From Camelus ferus (lineage: Eukaryota): DNA of 64,000 bases. Position 1 is the stretch's first letter. Each line of letters begins with the position of its first letter. The notes under the pieces were generated by a model. It worked only from the letters and a program-made list of their open reading frames with translations, was not told the origin of the DNA and ran no database searches. Below are positions 1 through 13,800 of the stretch, in pieces. Both the position numbers and the translations under genes were made by a program. The stretch covers positions 95,234,001 through 95,298,000 of the forward strand of contig NC_045697.1 in the NCBI RefSeq assembly GCF_009834535.1, given 5' to 3'.

Positions 1-24
1 AAATTTCTTTAATGTCATAAACTC

Positions 25-345
25 ATTCCCCAATATGTGCTGTTCTTGTGGTCTTTGCACCTCAGGTAGCTCTGTTCTTTCAGATGCTCAAGACAATAAC
101 TTTGGAAATATGTTGACTCATCTCTTTTTTCTATCATGCTTATAACCTCTCAGTATATCCTGTTAACTCTACCTTCAAAATATATTGAAAAACTAAATAC
201 TTTTCTTTTTTTCTACTCAGTTCTACCCACTTCAACCAGCTTCAAGATTCTAACATCCATCACCCAAAGTACCACATTAGCATCCCTACTTGTCACCGTG
301 AATCCACACTTTCTCCTACATTTTCTTCACAGTGATTATTGCTCA
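25..345 (+). mobile_element. L2 LINE fragment (ancient, degenerate)
   Basis: GCTCAAGACAATAACTTTGG...TTGACTC...CTCTACCTTCAAAATATAT follows the L2 consensus motif order as I recall it; the 85-aa ORF at 136-393 appears incidental. Confidence 0.6.
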
Positions 346-1699
346 TGTGTCTCAAAGTCCTTTATTTGCTTTCTAAATTATATGGAGCAATAGTCTGCAT
401 TCTGAAAAATATCTACATAAAAGGGACATTCAGAATTAATGAAATATAGAGATATTATTAATCAAGTATAATTTTTTCTTGTATACAGTGTTGGATATGT
501 CATCTTTTTTCAAGTTTTATACAAAAGATATATTCAGATAAATGTAATATTAGGGTAATAAAGAATATAAGGTTTTGTATTTTAAGAATCAGAAATGTAA
601 CTTAGCTACTCAACTGTAAGAATGAATTTATTTGTGAAATCAGGCTTTTGCTTGTGAAAAGTAATTATATATAATTCTATTTATATAGACTTATGGAAAG
701 CAGAAATTTGTTGTGCAAATTTAAATGCAAAAATTTTGTTATTCTTCTTAAGCATAAAGGTGGTTGAAAAGAACGCTCTGAAGGAGTTCAGTATTCCAAA
801 CCAAATCCATTTTTTTTTCTAAAATGATACCAAACAAAACTTTTTGAAGAACGAAATTTCTTCAACATCATCAAAGTATGTATTTCTACTTCTTTGACTG
901 TTTCTGTTTTATTTAGGAATAGAGATAAATGTCATTTCTCATTTTTCTTTGACATCCTAGGCAGATACATGCATGGATGAATTTCATAGCCTTTTTACAA
1001 AATAGAAAGTTGATCCAATAGGTCTGAATTTAACCTTCATTTTTTTTTCACACACAAAGACATATACATACACTCAGATAACACAGTTCCAATATGACTT
1101 GAAATATTTCTTTAAAAAATCTGATTTTACTCTTCTAATATTGATTGACCATATTTAAAACTTACTAATGTATGTTCTTCATTGCATAAAATGTGTAATA
1201 TTTTAAGTAACAGAATGTACTATTTGCTGAACAATCAAATTAAATACTGTTTATAATTTTGCTTGGTTATAATTTAATTAATAACTAATTAATCATAATT
1301 CCTTTCCATAAGTTTTCTGTTAATCCTCCTTTTTGCATATTAGAATTTCATGTATTTGCATTTAATTAGAAAACATTTTGCTAATTTCCGTAAAGAAAAT
1401 AACAATAACAGTGTTTTGAAGTCAATTTTACATATCACAATTAATATTTTCTTTGTGTTTTTTATGTCTTGAAAGCCACATTGGCTTTTTTTGTCTGTGA
1501 ATTTCACTGCCTGTGTCATTAAATAAGTGAATACATATTTAGAACTTACTTATATGTGTTTGTCATCAGTACTTAAAGATGTTACTCATAGTAATTATTC
1601 ACTGGATGTTCAAGCATAGCAAAAATCATTGAAGCCTGATGAACTAAATTATTGAGAAATATATATACACATACATACATATCAGAAAGTAATTTGTTT

Positions 1700-2055
1700 T
1701 ATATGGAGTCATTTGTGCCTCTTAAATCCTTACCCTATTTTGTCCCTCTCCCCACTAGTAACCACTAGTTTGTTCTCCATATCTGTGAGTCTGTTTCTTT
1801 TTTGTTATATCATTCATTTTATATTTTAAATTACACACGTAAGTGAAAACACACAGTGTTTGTCTTTCTCTGTCTGACTTACTTCACTAAGCATAATACC
1901 CTCCAAGTCTATCTATGATGTTCCAAATGGCAAAATTTCATTCTTTTTTATGTCTAAGTAATATTCTATTGTATAATTATACCACTGATTCTTTATCAAT
2001 TCATCTGCTGATGAACAATTAAGTTGCTTCCATATCCTGGGTATTGTAAATAATT
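1700..2055 (-). mobile_element. L1 3' fragment (ORF2 end/3' UTR)
   Basis: TTTGTCTTTCTCTGTCTGACTTACTTCACTAAGCATAATACCCTCCAAGTC and CAAATGGCAAAATTTCATTCTTTTTTATG are typical antisense L1 3'-end sequence. Confidence 0.9.
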
Positions 2056-2410
2056 ACTAATTATTTAGATTAAATTATTTAATTAAATAAAAATAATTTC
2101 AGAAGCAAACAGTATTTAAGTGGTTTATATGAAAAGGAAAATCTCTAATCTTTGAAAGAGGAAAAATTTTCTCTTTTTGATAGTAAGTAAATTGATAAAA
2201 TGTTTCTAAGTTCTCCTCAACTTACTACTCAAAAGAACACACACATACACTCACACATTATGAATATAAAACAAGCATCTCAAATATTGCTTTTAGATTT
2301 TAAAGAGCATTTTGGTACTTTGATTTAATTTGGAATATCATTACCTACTTCAGAATTTTATAATAAAATCAGACTGAAAAAAAAACTTGTAAAACACAAA
2401 AGCATTAACC

Positions 2411-2624
2411 AATCAGTTCTCTCAGGAGATAGAATGGAGTGAGTTGAGGTAATTGACTACCAAAGTCATGAAGAAATTTTATGGGACAATAGAACTGTTT
2501 TATATTTTGATTGCAGCAGTGGTTACATGCTAGATGCCTATATCAAAAACTAGAAAAATAGTCTAAAAAGGATGAGTTTTATTACGTATAAATTATACCT
2601 CAATAAACCTGAGTTAAAGAAAAA
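2411..2624 (+). mobile_element. Old L1M (L1MB/MC/ME-type) 3' end
   Basis: TATATTTTGATTGCAGCAGTGGTTACA...TAAATTATACCTCAATAAA followed by an A-rich tail. Confidence 0.75.
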
Positions 2625-3407
2625 GCTTGTGAAAAAATATGATTTTATACATATACATATTTATACATACATATATAAATGCAAGTTATTACATTTTTGT
2701 AATGGCATTTCATAAGCAGTGGAATTTTCTGTTTCTTAATTTCTGAATATCACTGCATGCATCATGTAAACATAATTTCTAAAGTACTGTTAATTGAGTA
2801 ATGTAATCTCAGAATGGAACAAGTTTTAGAAATTTATTTTTGAATTGAGTATTTCTTTTTATTGTAAGATTAATTGCTTTTATTCCATACTGTACTCCTC
2901 ACTCTAAGAGTTACTATCATTTTTCTTTATTCTCTCATTTTAAAAGAATTAAGGCATTTAGACCCTGAATTGTAATATGAAAATTATCTTTTTATTGATT
3001 TGTTGTATTGTGAAATCTGACATGACTCTATCATGTGTGACATTTGTAATATTCACTTGTAACAGTAGGTGTTCTACCTTTTTAAAAATTCTCTTCCTTT
3101 TTTGAATTCTGTTATACGGTCTTCTTAGACATTAACTCTTATCTTCTATACAATAGATATTAACTCATACTTGAAATCAGAAGTAAGAGTGAATTCCTTA
3201 GCAAGTTACTTAAATGTCTAAAAAACAAAAAGTATGCTCATTCTTCCTTTAACTGTTACAAATATATAAACAATTCCTACCTAAAAGCATCCATTAAATT
3301 CTACCTGAGACAAAATAAGGTTGAATAATAAAAAAATGCTTATGGAGGAAGGAACTACAGCAAACTAAAACTAAGTAATTTATAATAATAGATTGTCATT
3401 AATTTTT

Positions 3408-5297
3408 AGATATGTATATTTTTATTGAGGTGTAGTCAGTTTATAATGTGTCTGTTTCCAGTGTACAGCACAATGCTTCACTCATACATGAACATACATA
3501 TATTCATTTTCATATTTTTTCACCATAATTTACTACAAGATATTGAATATAGTTCCCTGTGCTATATAATATAAACTTGTTGTTTCTCTATTTTATATAT
3601 ATTAGTATCTGCAAATATCAAACTCCCAATTTATCCTTTCCTACCCCTTCCCCCCAGTAACCATAAGTTTGTTTTCTGTGTCTGTTAGCCTCTTTCTGTT
3701 TTGTAAGTAAGTTTTGTTTGTTTGTTTGTTTTAGATTCCACATGTAAGTGATATACGGTATTTTTCTTTCTCCTTCTGGCTTACTTCACTTAGAATGACA
3801 ATTTCCAGGTCCATCCATGTTGCTACAAATGGCATTATTTTATTCTTTTTTATGGCTAATTAGTATAAATTGTATAAATGTACCACAGCTTCTTTATTCA
3901 GTCATGTGTGGATGGACATTTAGGTTGTTTCCATGTCTTGGCTATTGTAAATAGTGCTGCTATGAACACTGGGGTGCATGTATCTTTTTGAATTAGAGTT
4001 CCCTCTGGATATATGCTCAGGAGTGGGATTGCTGGATCATATGGTAAGTCTATTTTTAGTTATTTGAGGAATCTCCATACTGTTTTCCGTAATGGCTGCA
4101 CCGAACTACATTCCCACCAACAGTGTAGGAGGATTCCCTTTTCTCCACAGCCTTTCCAGCATTTATTGTTTGTGGACTTTTGAATGATGGCCATTCTGAC
4201 TGATGTGAGGTGATACCTCATTGTAGTTTTGATTTGCATTTCTCTGATAATTAGCGGTATGGAGCATTTTTTCAATGTGTCTATTGCTTAGGTCTTCTGC
4301 CCATTTTTTAGATTGGATTGTTTGTTTTTTTCTTATTAAGTTGGATGAGCTGTTTATATATTCTGGAAATTAAGCCTTTTCAGTCTCATCTTTTGCAAAT
4401 ATTTCTCCCATTTCTTATGGTTTCCTTTGCTGTGCAAAAGCTTGTAAGTTTACTTAGGTCCTACTTGTTTATTTTTGCTTTTATTTCTATTTCTTGGGTA
4501 GACTGCCCTAGGAGAACATTGCTAAGATTTATGTCAGATAATGTTTTGCCTATATTTTCTTCTAAGAGGATTATGGTATCTTATCTTCTGTTTAAGTCTT
4601 TTAGCCAGTTTGAGTTTATTTTTGTGTATAGTGTGAGGGAGTGTTCTAACTTCATTGATTTACATGCAGCTGTCTAGTTGACATTTGTAATATTCACTTG
4701 TGACAGTAGATGTTCTACCTTTTTTTAAATTCTCTCTGTTTTGAATTCTCTTATACTGTCTTCTTAGGCATTAACTGAAGAGACTGTCTTTACTCCATTA
4801 TATATTCTTACCTCCTTTGTCAAAGATTAATTAATGAAAAGTCTGTGGGTTTATTTCTGGGCTCTCTGTTCTGTTCCATTAGTCCATATGTCTGTTTTTG
4901 TACCAGTACCATGCTGTTTTGATTACTGTAGTTCTGTAATGTCTAAAGTTTGGGAGGGTTATTCCTTCAGCTTCATTCTTTTTCTTCAGTATTGCATTGG
5001 TAATTCTGGGTCTTTTGTGATTCTATATAAATTTTCGGATTAGTTGTTGTAGTTCTGTTAAAAATGTCCTGGGTAACTTGATAGGGATCACATTAAATCT
5101 GTAGATAGATTTGCATGGTATGGCCATTTTAATGATATTAATTCTTCTAATCCAGGAGCATGGGGTATCTTTCCACTTCTTTAAATCATCTTTAATTTCC
5201 TTAGTCAATATTTCTCCATGTATAAGTCTTACACTTACTTGGTCCAATTTATTCCTAAGTATTTTATTTTCCAACAACAAAAAAGATTATACATCGT
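3408..5297 (-). mobile_element. 5'-truncated L1 (lineage-specific type) with 17-bp TSD, internal foreign insert and short 5' inversion
   Basis: Minus-strand ORFs 4060-4275 ([13 protein letters not shown]...[21 protein letters not shown]2p C-terminal Cys-rich region) and 5023-5280 ([20 protein letters not shown], post-RT region). Identical TSD GATTGTCATTAATTTTT at 3391-3407 and 5298-5314. ORF2 is broken by stops, frameshifts and deletions. Confidence 0.97.
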
Positions 5298-8200
5298 GAT
5301 TGTCATTAATTTTTTTATAAAACAATAACATAGTAAAACACATCATTTGCAAAATTTCTGTAAAGTAGATGATGTGGGGATTTTTTTGGCTAGTTTGTTT
5401 TAGTAAAATCTATTTCAAATCTGTAAGAGCAATAAAGACTGGAGGAAAAAGAATAAATTTTCTTATTTCTGCATGTAAAGAATTAATAAATGATATATAT
5501 TTTTAAAATAATAAAAAGAAAATGCCAGTAACTATTCAGCTAATAATTTACCTTCATTTTGCCCATAAGATCTTTGAACTTTACACAAATAAGATTTTCT
5601 TCAGACTATTATTATTACTATTATTTTGTAAACTGGAAAAGTAGGAAAACATTTCAGAGAATTGGCATATTAAGAAGTAACAAATTAAATAATTTGTTAC
5701 CTTTCCTAAAATGTATGTGAATACCACCAATTGAATTAAAAATTGGAGTGAGCAGCAGAACTACACAGAAAACATTTGATACACAGAATTATTTATTTTA
5801 ACACATAAACAGCCTTGCCATTTACAGAACTTCCTGGTAGTTATGTTCACAATTGTCTTTCTTATAAAGCATTTATATGGGACAGATTAGCATCTTAGAT
5901 ACTAATAAAAATTCATATGTGTAAATACATAATGTAAATGTGGTTATGTTATTAATAGAGTCTTATATCCAGATTTTGCCTATATTCATTTTTATCACTA
6001 AAAAGAGAATGCTATAATATAAAACTATTTTAAGTATATATAAGTGCTTCAAATTAGTTACTTTTTACATTTGTAGAAGACAATTAAAATGTATGCATTT
6101 AAAACTTAGCAAAGAAGAACTTTTGCTCTCAGGAAGAAAAGTATTTCATGTCTTTAATTCTTGGCAACAAGCAGTTTCTGGTATTCCATTGGGCTTAATA
6201 ATTTTTTGTTGATTCATAATTAGCTGAAAGGTAAAAAGAAAAAGGAAAATGTTTAATCGATTCCAATGAATAATTATGTTGACTTGTCTAGTGGAATAAA
6301 TTCCTTGAAGCTAGAAAATGGCATATTTGTTGTATACTCTACAATTTGTAAACCAGGGCTTAAAGTAAAACAAATGGTAAAATCAGATTTTAGGAAAAAT
6401 TGAACAAATATATTATTTATGGAAAAAATTAATACAGGATATAATTGAAACCAGAAAAGATTATGGAACATATATGGAATCTCTACTCTTGTAAAGTTTA
6501 AACACATTCTGTCTTAAGTAATGTGTCTGGTAGAGGAAATCACTTGTATGTTTTTGATGTATATCTCTATAGTAAATATTCATTGAAAAAATACAGTCAA
6601 CACACATATGATCCCATCAACAGTAATGGTTGTTCTTCACATTAATAACTAAATAAAATTCCTCTTCCTGACAGAAAGGTCTGTGTCTTGGGGAGAATAA
6701 AGTTCTGAGAAAGTAAACTACTATTTTCTTTTATAAATGTGGTACTTATTAACAATTTCCAAGAGCAAGAACTGAATATACATTGCCCAATGTTAAAAAA
6801 GTAGCAGCACATTAATAAGAAAGAAAGACTAGGTTGTTTGCACAGATGGGTACAGCTGTAGGACAGAGCCGCCCCAGAGTGGCAGAGTGAAGAAGAAGCA
6901 GATTCTCCATTTTATAACAAAGTTGGCAGAGTAGCTGAGTAATTATCAGTCAATGTAAAAATCTCAGTGGAAATTGACTATTTTCTTCTTTGTTTATTGT
7001 TACTTACTTGTTTTGTTTATTGGTGTTCTTTGCCTAGACATAATTAAAAATGGATTTCACAAAGAGTAAAATAAATATGATGACTACTTAAGTACTTAGA
7101 CTTAGGAAGGAAAACAAATTCATCCTATTTTGCCAACATACTTCTTTTTTTTTTTGGTTCATGTTCTTTTTAGCCTTATTATTCTCTTCTTTGTTTAGTG
7201 ATGTAGTTTATCAGAAACTAGGGTAGCTAATTTAATTTTATCTGAAAATAAAGTCTCAGTACACATCTTTCTATGGATTTAAATAATCTTACTCTTAATT
7301 TGGCAAAACTGAACAGTGATAAAAATTTTAAAAAAGAAACAGAACAAACTTTTTATAGGAATGTGTTTTATTTTTGTAAAATAATCTGAACAGTTCACAA
7401 GGCAAATGTTAAAAAAAGGCATCTATAGTAAAAATTCATTCAATATCATAACAAGTCACTCATACCTGCTTTCCTCGAAGCATTGTTAAGAGTTTATAAA
7501 AAAAATTATCCCTACCAATTTATCTTTTATATCATTCCTTGATTTTTATTTTTTCTTACTCAAGTTTACAAAATTTTCCATTTTTTGTTTTGTCTTGAAA
7601 TCAAATGCAGACAGTTAGAAAACTTAGTAGAGATGCCCACAAATTTTATGAAAAAAACAAAGCAACACTTACTTGCTTTTTCAATAAAATATTTCAAATT
7701 ACAAATGTGTTAATTACACTCCACTCTGGTGGAAGAGAAAATTAGATAAATGTACCACAATAAAAACTGATGGGTGCTCTATGGCTCCAGAGAGAACAAG
7801 TTGTTTGCAACGGCAATATTATAAATTAACTGATGTCACCAAAGCACCACAAATGTCAAATGCTTTTGTGATTCTGCGTGGTCAACTGCCTCCTTGATAT
7901 ATAATTAAAAGGTTTATCAAGAGTTTGAATAAAGCTAACATTCAATGGCAAACAAAGCATAGGGAACATAAACCATTTAATGAATTTGGTACTTCATACT
8001 TTTATAGAAATTGAAACAGTAAAGGAAGAATCAGATATTAGTAAGTTATAAATAATATAACTATAAATTAATTTTTAGTTTAGTTTGTTTGTTTGTAATT
8101 TTATGTGAGATTTAACTGGCACACCATGATTCTGTTAACCAAAGTCTGTCTGACTCTGATGGAAATAATCACCTCAATTGTGAAGCTAAATTGAAGAAAA

Positions 8201-10168
8201 TTACTTATATCATTTGTCAAGTAGGGAAGTCTTCATGTTTTCTCTTTATTTTGGTTCAGTGGTTTCTTATTTCATTAGGGCAGAAATTATACACACACTC
8301 ATGCACACGTGAATACCCACAAAGCTGCTATTGGAAGTTAATTCTACAAATGACCAAACTCAGAGATGACAAAGTTATCAATTAATCAAATATAAAAACA
8401 AATGAGTGTAAGAGATGTCTGAGGGAAAAAATGAAATATGTGTTATATCTATCTTTTCTCAGATACCTATTTTCAATGACAATTGCCTCATAGTATCTTT
8501 CTCCCTTTACCGGGGTATATAACAAATAAACGTAACACTTAGTGATTTGTGGGATAAAAAGTTGTATTTGGAGAAGAAAAAAATCAAGATTTACAAATGT
8601 CCATCTCTACGCAGATTAAGTGTAATTTAGTGTGAGCAAATATAGACATGCAAAAATCTAAAGAAAAAAGTGACATAAAGAAAGAAGTAGATAGAACTGT
8701 AAAATGATGTCTTTCATTGCTAAAGATTCTTTTTCACATAATTAAACCTTTTCACGTTACTTTCCTTCTCTAAAAACACGAATTTAAAGTGAAAGTCTAA
8801 TTCGTTAGCTTCTGTGAAGATTAGTGGGCATGATTCTCAAAAGTAGTTTGCAATTGTAAGAAAGAGGTATAGGTATTCAGTACTAGAAATTAAATCTATT
8901 TTTCAAAATGTGTCATATTTAAAATAAAAACCATTTATTAAAATCATATATATTGAGTTACTGTATGGGCTATTACAGTTTTTAAATGTGTGTTTATAGG
9001 GCATTCCTAAAATGAGATGTAGCAAAGTTATCCTCCTGATATATTAAACATTTTAACTGACTTAGATATCCTAAAAGTATGATATCCTTTGTTCATGCAT
9101 GTTAAGATTCTAAATGTAAAGCAATTTAATTTTATCAAAGTTGATTTTTTAAAAATCATACCATATCCAAAATTTTGCAAAAACGTGTATAATTCATATA
9201 GTGAAATCACAGCTTGTTTAATATTATCAATTCTTGATATATTTGCCGTTTTTAATTTTTTTCATTTATTTAGTTACTTTCTTTAATTAAGTTAATCTCT
9301 GCATTATTTACTTTGATTTCATATGTATAAATTGGCTCAAATAATTTATTCAAATAAATAACATATAGGCAGGCGCAAAAGACCTATATGACATCAAAGA
9401 TGATTAAAAAAATAAAAGCCTAGTCTCAGATTCTTTAGGCTTCTTGTCTGCTTTTAAGTTGTGACTTCACTGATCCTTAAGTCCTATATGGGTTTACCCT
9501 CCTTATTTGCTAGATTCTGTCTTTGACAATAGGGCTACTAACTCATGGCATTTTAATCTCAGAAGTTTCTATAAGGAGAGAAGCAAAGTCCCTGACTTTG
9601 TCCTTCTGTTGTAATTGATGGTTTGTTTGTTATATTTGCAAGGCTCTACGGCTTAATATGTATTTTTCTCAAGGCATAGTCCTCTCTGAATCACCTGAGT
9701 TGATGTGCATATACTGTAAAGAAAATAAGATAAAAAATAATAACTATATATGGGGTTGGGGTTGGACTCAAAGTTTTACTTAAGAAACGAAAGTAAAGAT
9801 GTCTATACTTGGAGAAACATCGGCAATTATTTGTGGATAAGAATTGATTTGACAAAAATACCAACACTTACAAATTATTTGAAGTTTTAAGGCAGTTTAA
9901 ATCACAATTACGTTTTTGGAAAAAATCTTAATATAGTCATTCTAAATTTGTGTATATATAATATATAAATACAAAAGATATAAAGGTAATATATATAATA
10001 CACACATGCACAGGTGCATTTTTAAATTAGTAACAGTAATGTAAAAATGAGTTATTTGAGTAACTGAGGGAGTTTGCCCTGCTTGAACTTAGCATTTAGC
10101 TTATATTAGTGGCATATGCAAAACAACAGGTAATATGGGATAAAAATATGATAAGAAATACAAATACA

Positions 10169-10323
10169 GTATAGCACAGGGAACTATATTCGATATCTTG
10201 TAGTAGCTTATGGTGAAAAAGAATATGAAATTGAATATATGTATGTTCATGTATGACTGAAGCATTGTGCTGTACACCAGAAATTGACACAACATTGTAA
10301 ACTGACTATACTTCAATAAAAAA
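10169..10323 (+). mobile_element. Severely 5'-truncated L1 3' end with TSD
   Basis: Reverse complement of the 3' end of the L1 at ~3420-3570; ends in AATAAA plus A tail; TSD AAGAAATACAAATACA (10153-10168) / AAGAAATACAAACACA (10324-10339), 1 mismatch. Confidence 0.93.
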
Positions 10324-10969
10324 AAGAAATACAAACACATATGTAGACATTTATTATGTGATAAAATTCACAATTTGAATTAATGATAAAATGATAGCCT
10401 ATGGAATAAATAATAGTGAGAAAACTTATTAAGCACAAGTATAAAAGCAAAGTCAGTTCCAGAAGACCTAAAGAGTTTGAGTTTAGAAAAGGAAACTTAA
10501 TCAAGATAGACATTATGTTGATGTGAGAAAGAGTTCTATGTAACTTTTAAAGAAGGAGTTAGAGGTTTGAATACATAAGTATTCCTAAATAATGCCATAA
10601 AATTTAAAAGTAAATAGCACACTGAAGCAGAATCTTTAAATGCAAACGGTAGTTAACAGTTAATATTCTACACCCACAGAGTGCTTTTAAAAAGTCATTC
10701 CATGAATATGAAACCTTTGTAAAGTAAGAAAAAGTCTCCAGGAGACAATGTCTAACAAGTTTATGTATCTATGTTAAATCTTACCAAACAAGTGAAACTA
10801 TAACCACATTGCATACCAACTTTTTAACTGCAAAATAGATTAGTATAGAAAAGGGGAGAAATAATAATAGGTATAGTAATTGTATATGTTGTGAAAAGAT
10901 GAATGGGTGAAAAAATAGTTCACATAGTTTTAAAAATACTGATTAATAATCTTAAAATATTTATGGTTT

Positions 10970-11118
10970 TTGACCCAATAAATTCACAGTTATAAATTTA
11001 TTCCACTCCAAATAATGAAATATTTGCATGGGTAAAGTAAAGTACGCTTATCACCTCCAAATTTATAATAGTAACAAAATTGGAAACAAGTTAAATGGAA
11101 ATAACAATTAGAGATTAA
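10970..11118 (+). mobile_element. Old L1ME-like fragment
   Basis: TTTGACCCAATAAATTCAC...TTTATAATAGTAACAAAATTGGAAACAA resembles the L1 ORF2 3' end. Confidence 0.5.
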
Positions 11119-11121
11119 CCT

Positions 11122-11355
11122 TGGTGGAGGGATAAATTAGGAATTTGGAATTAGCAAATACAAACTACTACATATACAACAGATAAACAACAAGTTCGGC
11201 TGTATAGCACTGGGAGCTATACTCCATACCCTGTAATAAATCATAATGGAAAAAATGTGAAAAATAATATATATGTGTATAAATAGATCACTTTGTTGTA
11301 TACCACAAACTAACACAATGCTGTAAATCAACTAGACTTCAATTTAAAAAAGAAA
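11122..11355 (+). mobile_element. L1 3' UTR (artiodactyl-type)
   Basis: GGGATAAATTAGGAATTTGGAATTAGCAAATACAAACTACTA...CTGTATAGCACTGGGAGCTATA...GTAAATCAACTAGACTTCAATTTAAAAAA. Confidence 0.9.
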
Positions 11356-12387
11356 TTAAGCAGAAATAGGGCCTCTTCAGGCTACAACAGCGTTTTTCTC
11401 CAGTGCAATATAATATCTGTGACTTGATGGGGGGGGGCAGGCTAGTGAGACACAAGAGAAGGGCTCAAGCCTCAAGCCTTGTATTCATCACCAAAAGAAA
11501 AGTATTCAAAAAAATAATCAAGGCACAGATAAGTTTGTGTCTTATTTCCATATAGAGAAGAAACATGTAAATCTGGACAGAGAAAAATAAATCAAAGTAA
11601 AATATATGGAAATATAAATACCAATATATACACAGGACTGATGGCTCATAGTTTTTTCAAACTGTAAGATTTGATACTGGTTCTCTAATCCCAATTTTGT
11701 TAGATGTAGGAGCTTCTGTGTCATACTAGTTACATCATTCCAAGGACACAGTGCCTTATTATACTAAGAGCATTATGAAGGTCAAAGGGAAACTAAGAGT
11801 CCGGGGCATAGGTGTGCCCTGAGAGGAACCAAGACAGCTACTGTCAACTGGTGGTCTTTGCCACAACAAAGTAATAGAACTGGGCTCATATTCAGCTTCT
11901 CATAGTTTGCAGAAGCTGGGTCAGATGGTACTTACTGTGGAGGTAGCTTCAGTTTTGCCCCATAGATGATTTTCTTTCTTTCTTCTCTTTCTTCCTCCCT
12001 TGCCTTCTCTCTCTTCTTGTCTTGTCTAGGATTGAGGTAGTTCACTTAGCAGTGATACTTGTATGACTATGTCTCTTACACTTACACTAATGGATTGGAA
12101 GTGTTTTCAAGTATTTTCAGCCTTTATTTTCTGATTCTATAGTGGGTGAGTCATTCAGGCTGCAAAGCAGAATTGAAGCAAAATGTGAAGAAAGTGTAAT
12201 AACTATAGAAAAAGATAAAACATCTATAATATAGATACAGATGTATATATAATGTAATATATATTTATATTTTTGCATAAGTAGATATGTAATATTTATT
12301 TATTACATATTTACCATATAAATATGTGAAGGTCTACATGTAACAGACTTTACTGAGTGTGGGAGGCTGTAGTCAAGTCTATTATAC

Positions 12388-12815
12388 TGTAATTCTGCAC
12401 CCAATTCCAACATGTGGTTTTTTCCTTGACACCAACTGGAGATCCTACAATTCAACTCAATTCTGACACTATCAACCTGGAGATAGCATTAGATTCCACA
12501 GGTAAGGGCCCAGTCCCACGAGGCTGCTCCCCACTTCAGATGTCAATTGCAAGTCCAGGTGTGTTTCTGACCTATAAATCGGAGCTTCCTGCAGTTCCCT
12601 CCTTGCATTTTATTAATTTGCCTGAGCAGTTCATAGAACTCACTAAGCCAGTTTACTCACTAGATTACCAATTTGTTTTTACAAAGTACGATAAAGCATA
12701 TGGATCCACAGCCAGGTAAAGAGATACACAGGGCAAGGTTCTGAACAAAGAAGCTTCTGTCCCTGTGGAATTTGGACCCCAGCATAACAGCATGTGGGTG
12801 GATTCCTTATTTTCA
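12388..12815 (-). mobile_element. MER21-like ERVL-class LTR fragment
   Basis: GACACCAACTGG...TCCTACAATTCAACTCAATTCTGACACTATCAACCTGGAGATAGC...CCCACTTCAGATG matches the reverse complement of the MER21 3' part as I recall it. Confidence 0.8.
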
Positions 12816-13119
12816 GGAAATAACTCAGATTTGCAACCTCTTGATTGTGTTTTAGTTATACTTAAATAGGACACACATGGATTCAACTAGCGAATTCTAT
12901 TTAAGTATGTATCTATCCTGTGAAAATGGATGCTAAAGATTATACTTTTCCATATAGTTTATGTGACATGTGTGCTTCAGTAAAAATTAGCACTGTTACC
13001 AGAATTTTTCCTTTTTCCTTAATTTAAAAAAATTATATACACTAAAAAATCAATGTTTTTAAAACCACATTTTTCCTAAGCCACTTATACCATAACCTAT
13101 TTGAATACATGACAGTTTT

Positions 13120-13557
13120 CTAAGCCAGAAAACCAGGAATCATCTTTGGCACTTTCTATTTCCTTAACTCTTCCAATCTCTTGCCAAGCTCTGCCTAATC
13201 CACCTCATAAATATACATGCAATTTTAATTTCCTGCTTTCAGAGAAGTACTAATCTATTTCCCCACATGCTCTTCTGCTCCCCCTACACTCTGTTCCACA
13301 TTGCTTCTAGAGTAATTGTTTTAAAATTAAAAATTAATGATGTAATGATGTCCATCTTTTACTTGAAAACCTTTGATGGTGTCACACAAAAGGCTCTGAA
13401 TAATAAAAATCCCATGTTGCTGTGCTCACCTATTGTAGCTGTACGCTCTCCAGCAATTTTCTCTGAATACATTGAACTTTCCTTGTTTTCTTCTACCCTA
13501 GAGTTTTTCAGTGTGATGAAATGAATGCTTTTTCTCCCTGATACACAGTGCCCTATA

Positions 13558-13611
<54 letters not shown>

Positions 13612-13800
13612 CCTCCTTAACCTTCAGATCTCTTTTCAGAGATAAATATTTCCTGATTCATACACCCAACAGCTGCCTCTTTGAATCAGTTCAGACCCTG
13701 CTGCCTTTTCCCTTTCATGATTCAATGTACTTTTTTTCAGCTCTAATCACAGCTTGTAATTATGTATTTGATATTGCCCCCTGTTTAATACTGTATCCCC
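13120..13800 (+). mobile_element. L2 fragment interrupted by a CA microsatellite
   Basis: AAGCCAGAAAACCAGGAATCATCTTTG...CTTGAAAACCTTTGATGG...TCCTTAACCTTCAGATCTC in L2 motif order. Confidence 0.7.
13561..13610. repeat. Perfect (CA)25 microsatellite
   Basis: Read directly from the sequence. Confidence 0.99.
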
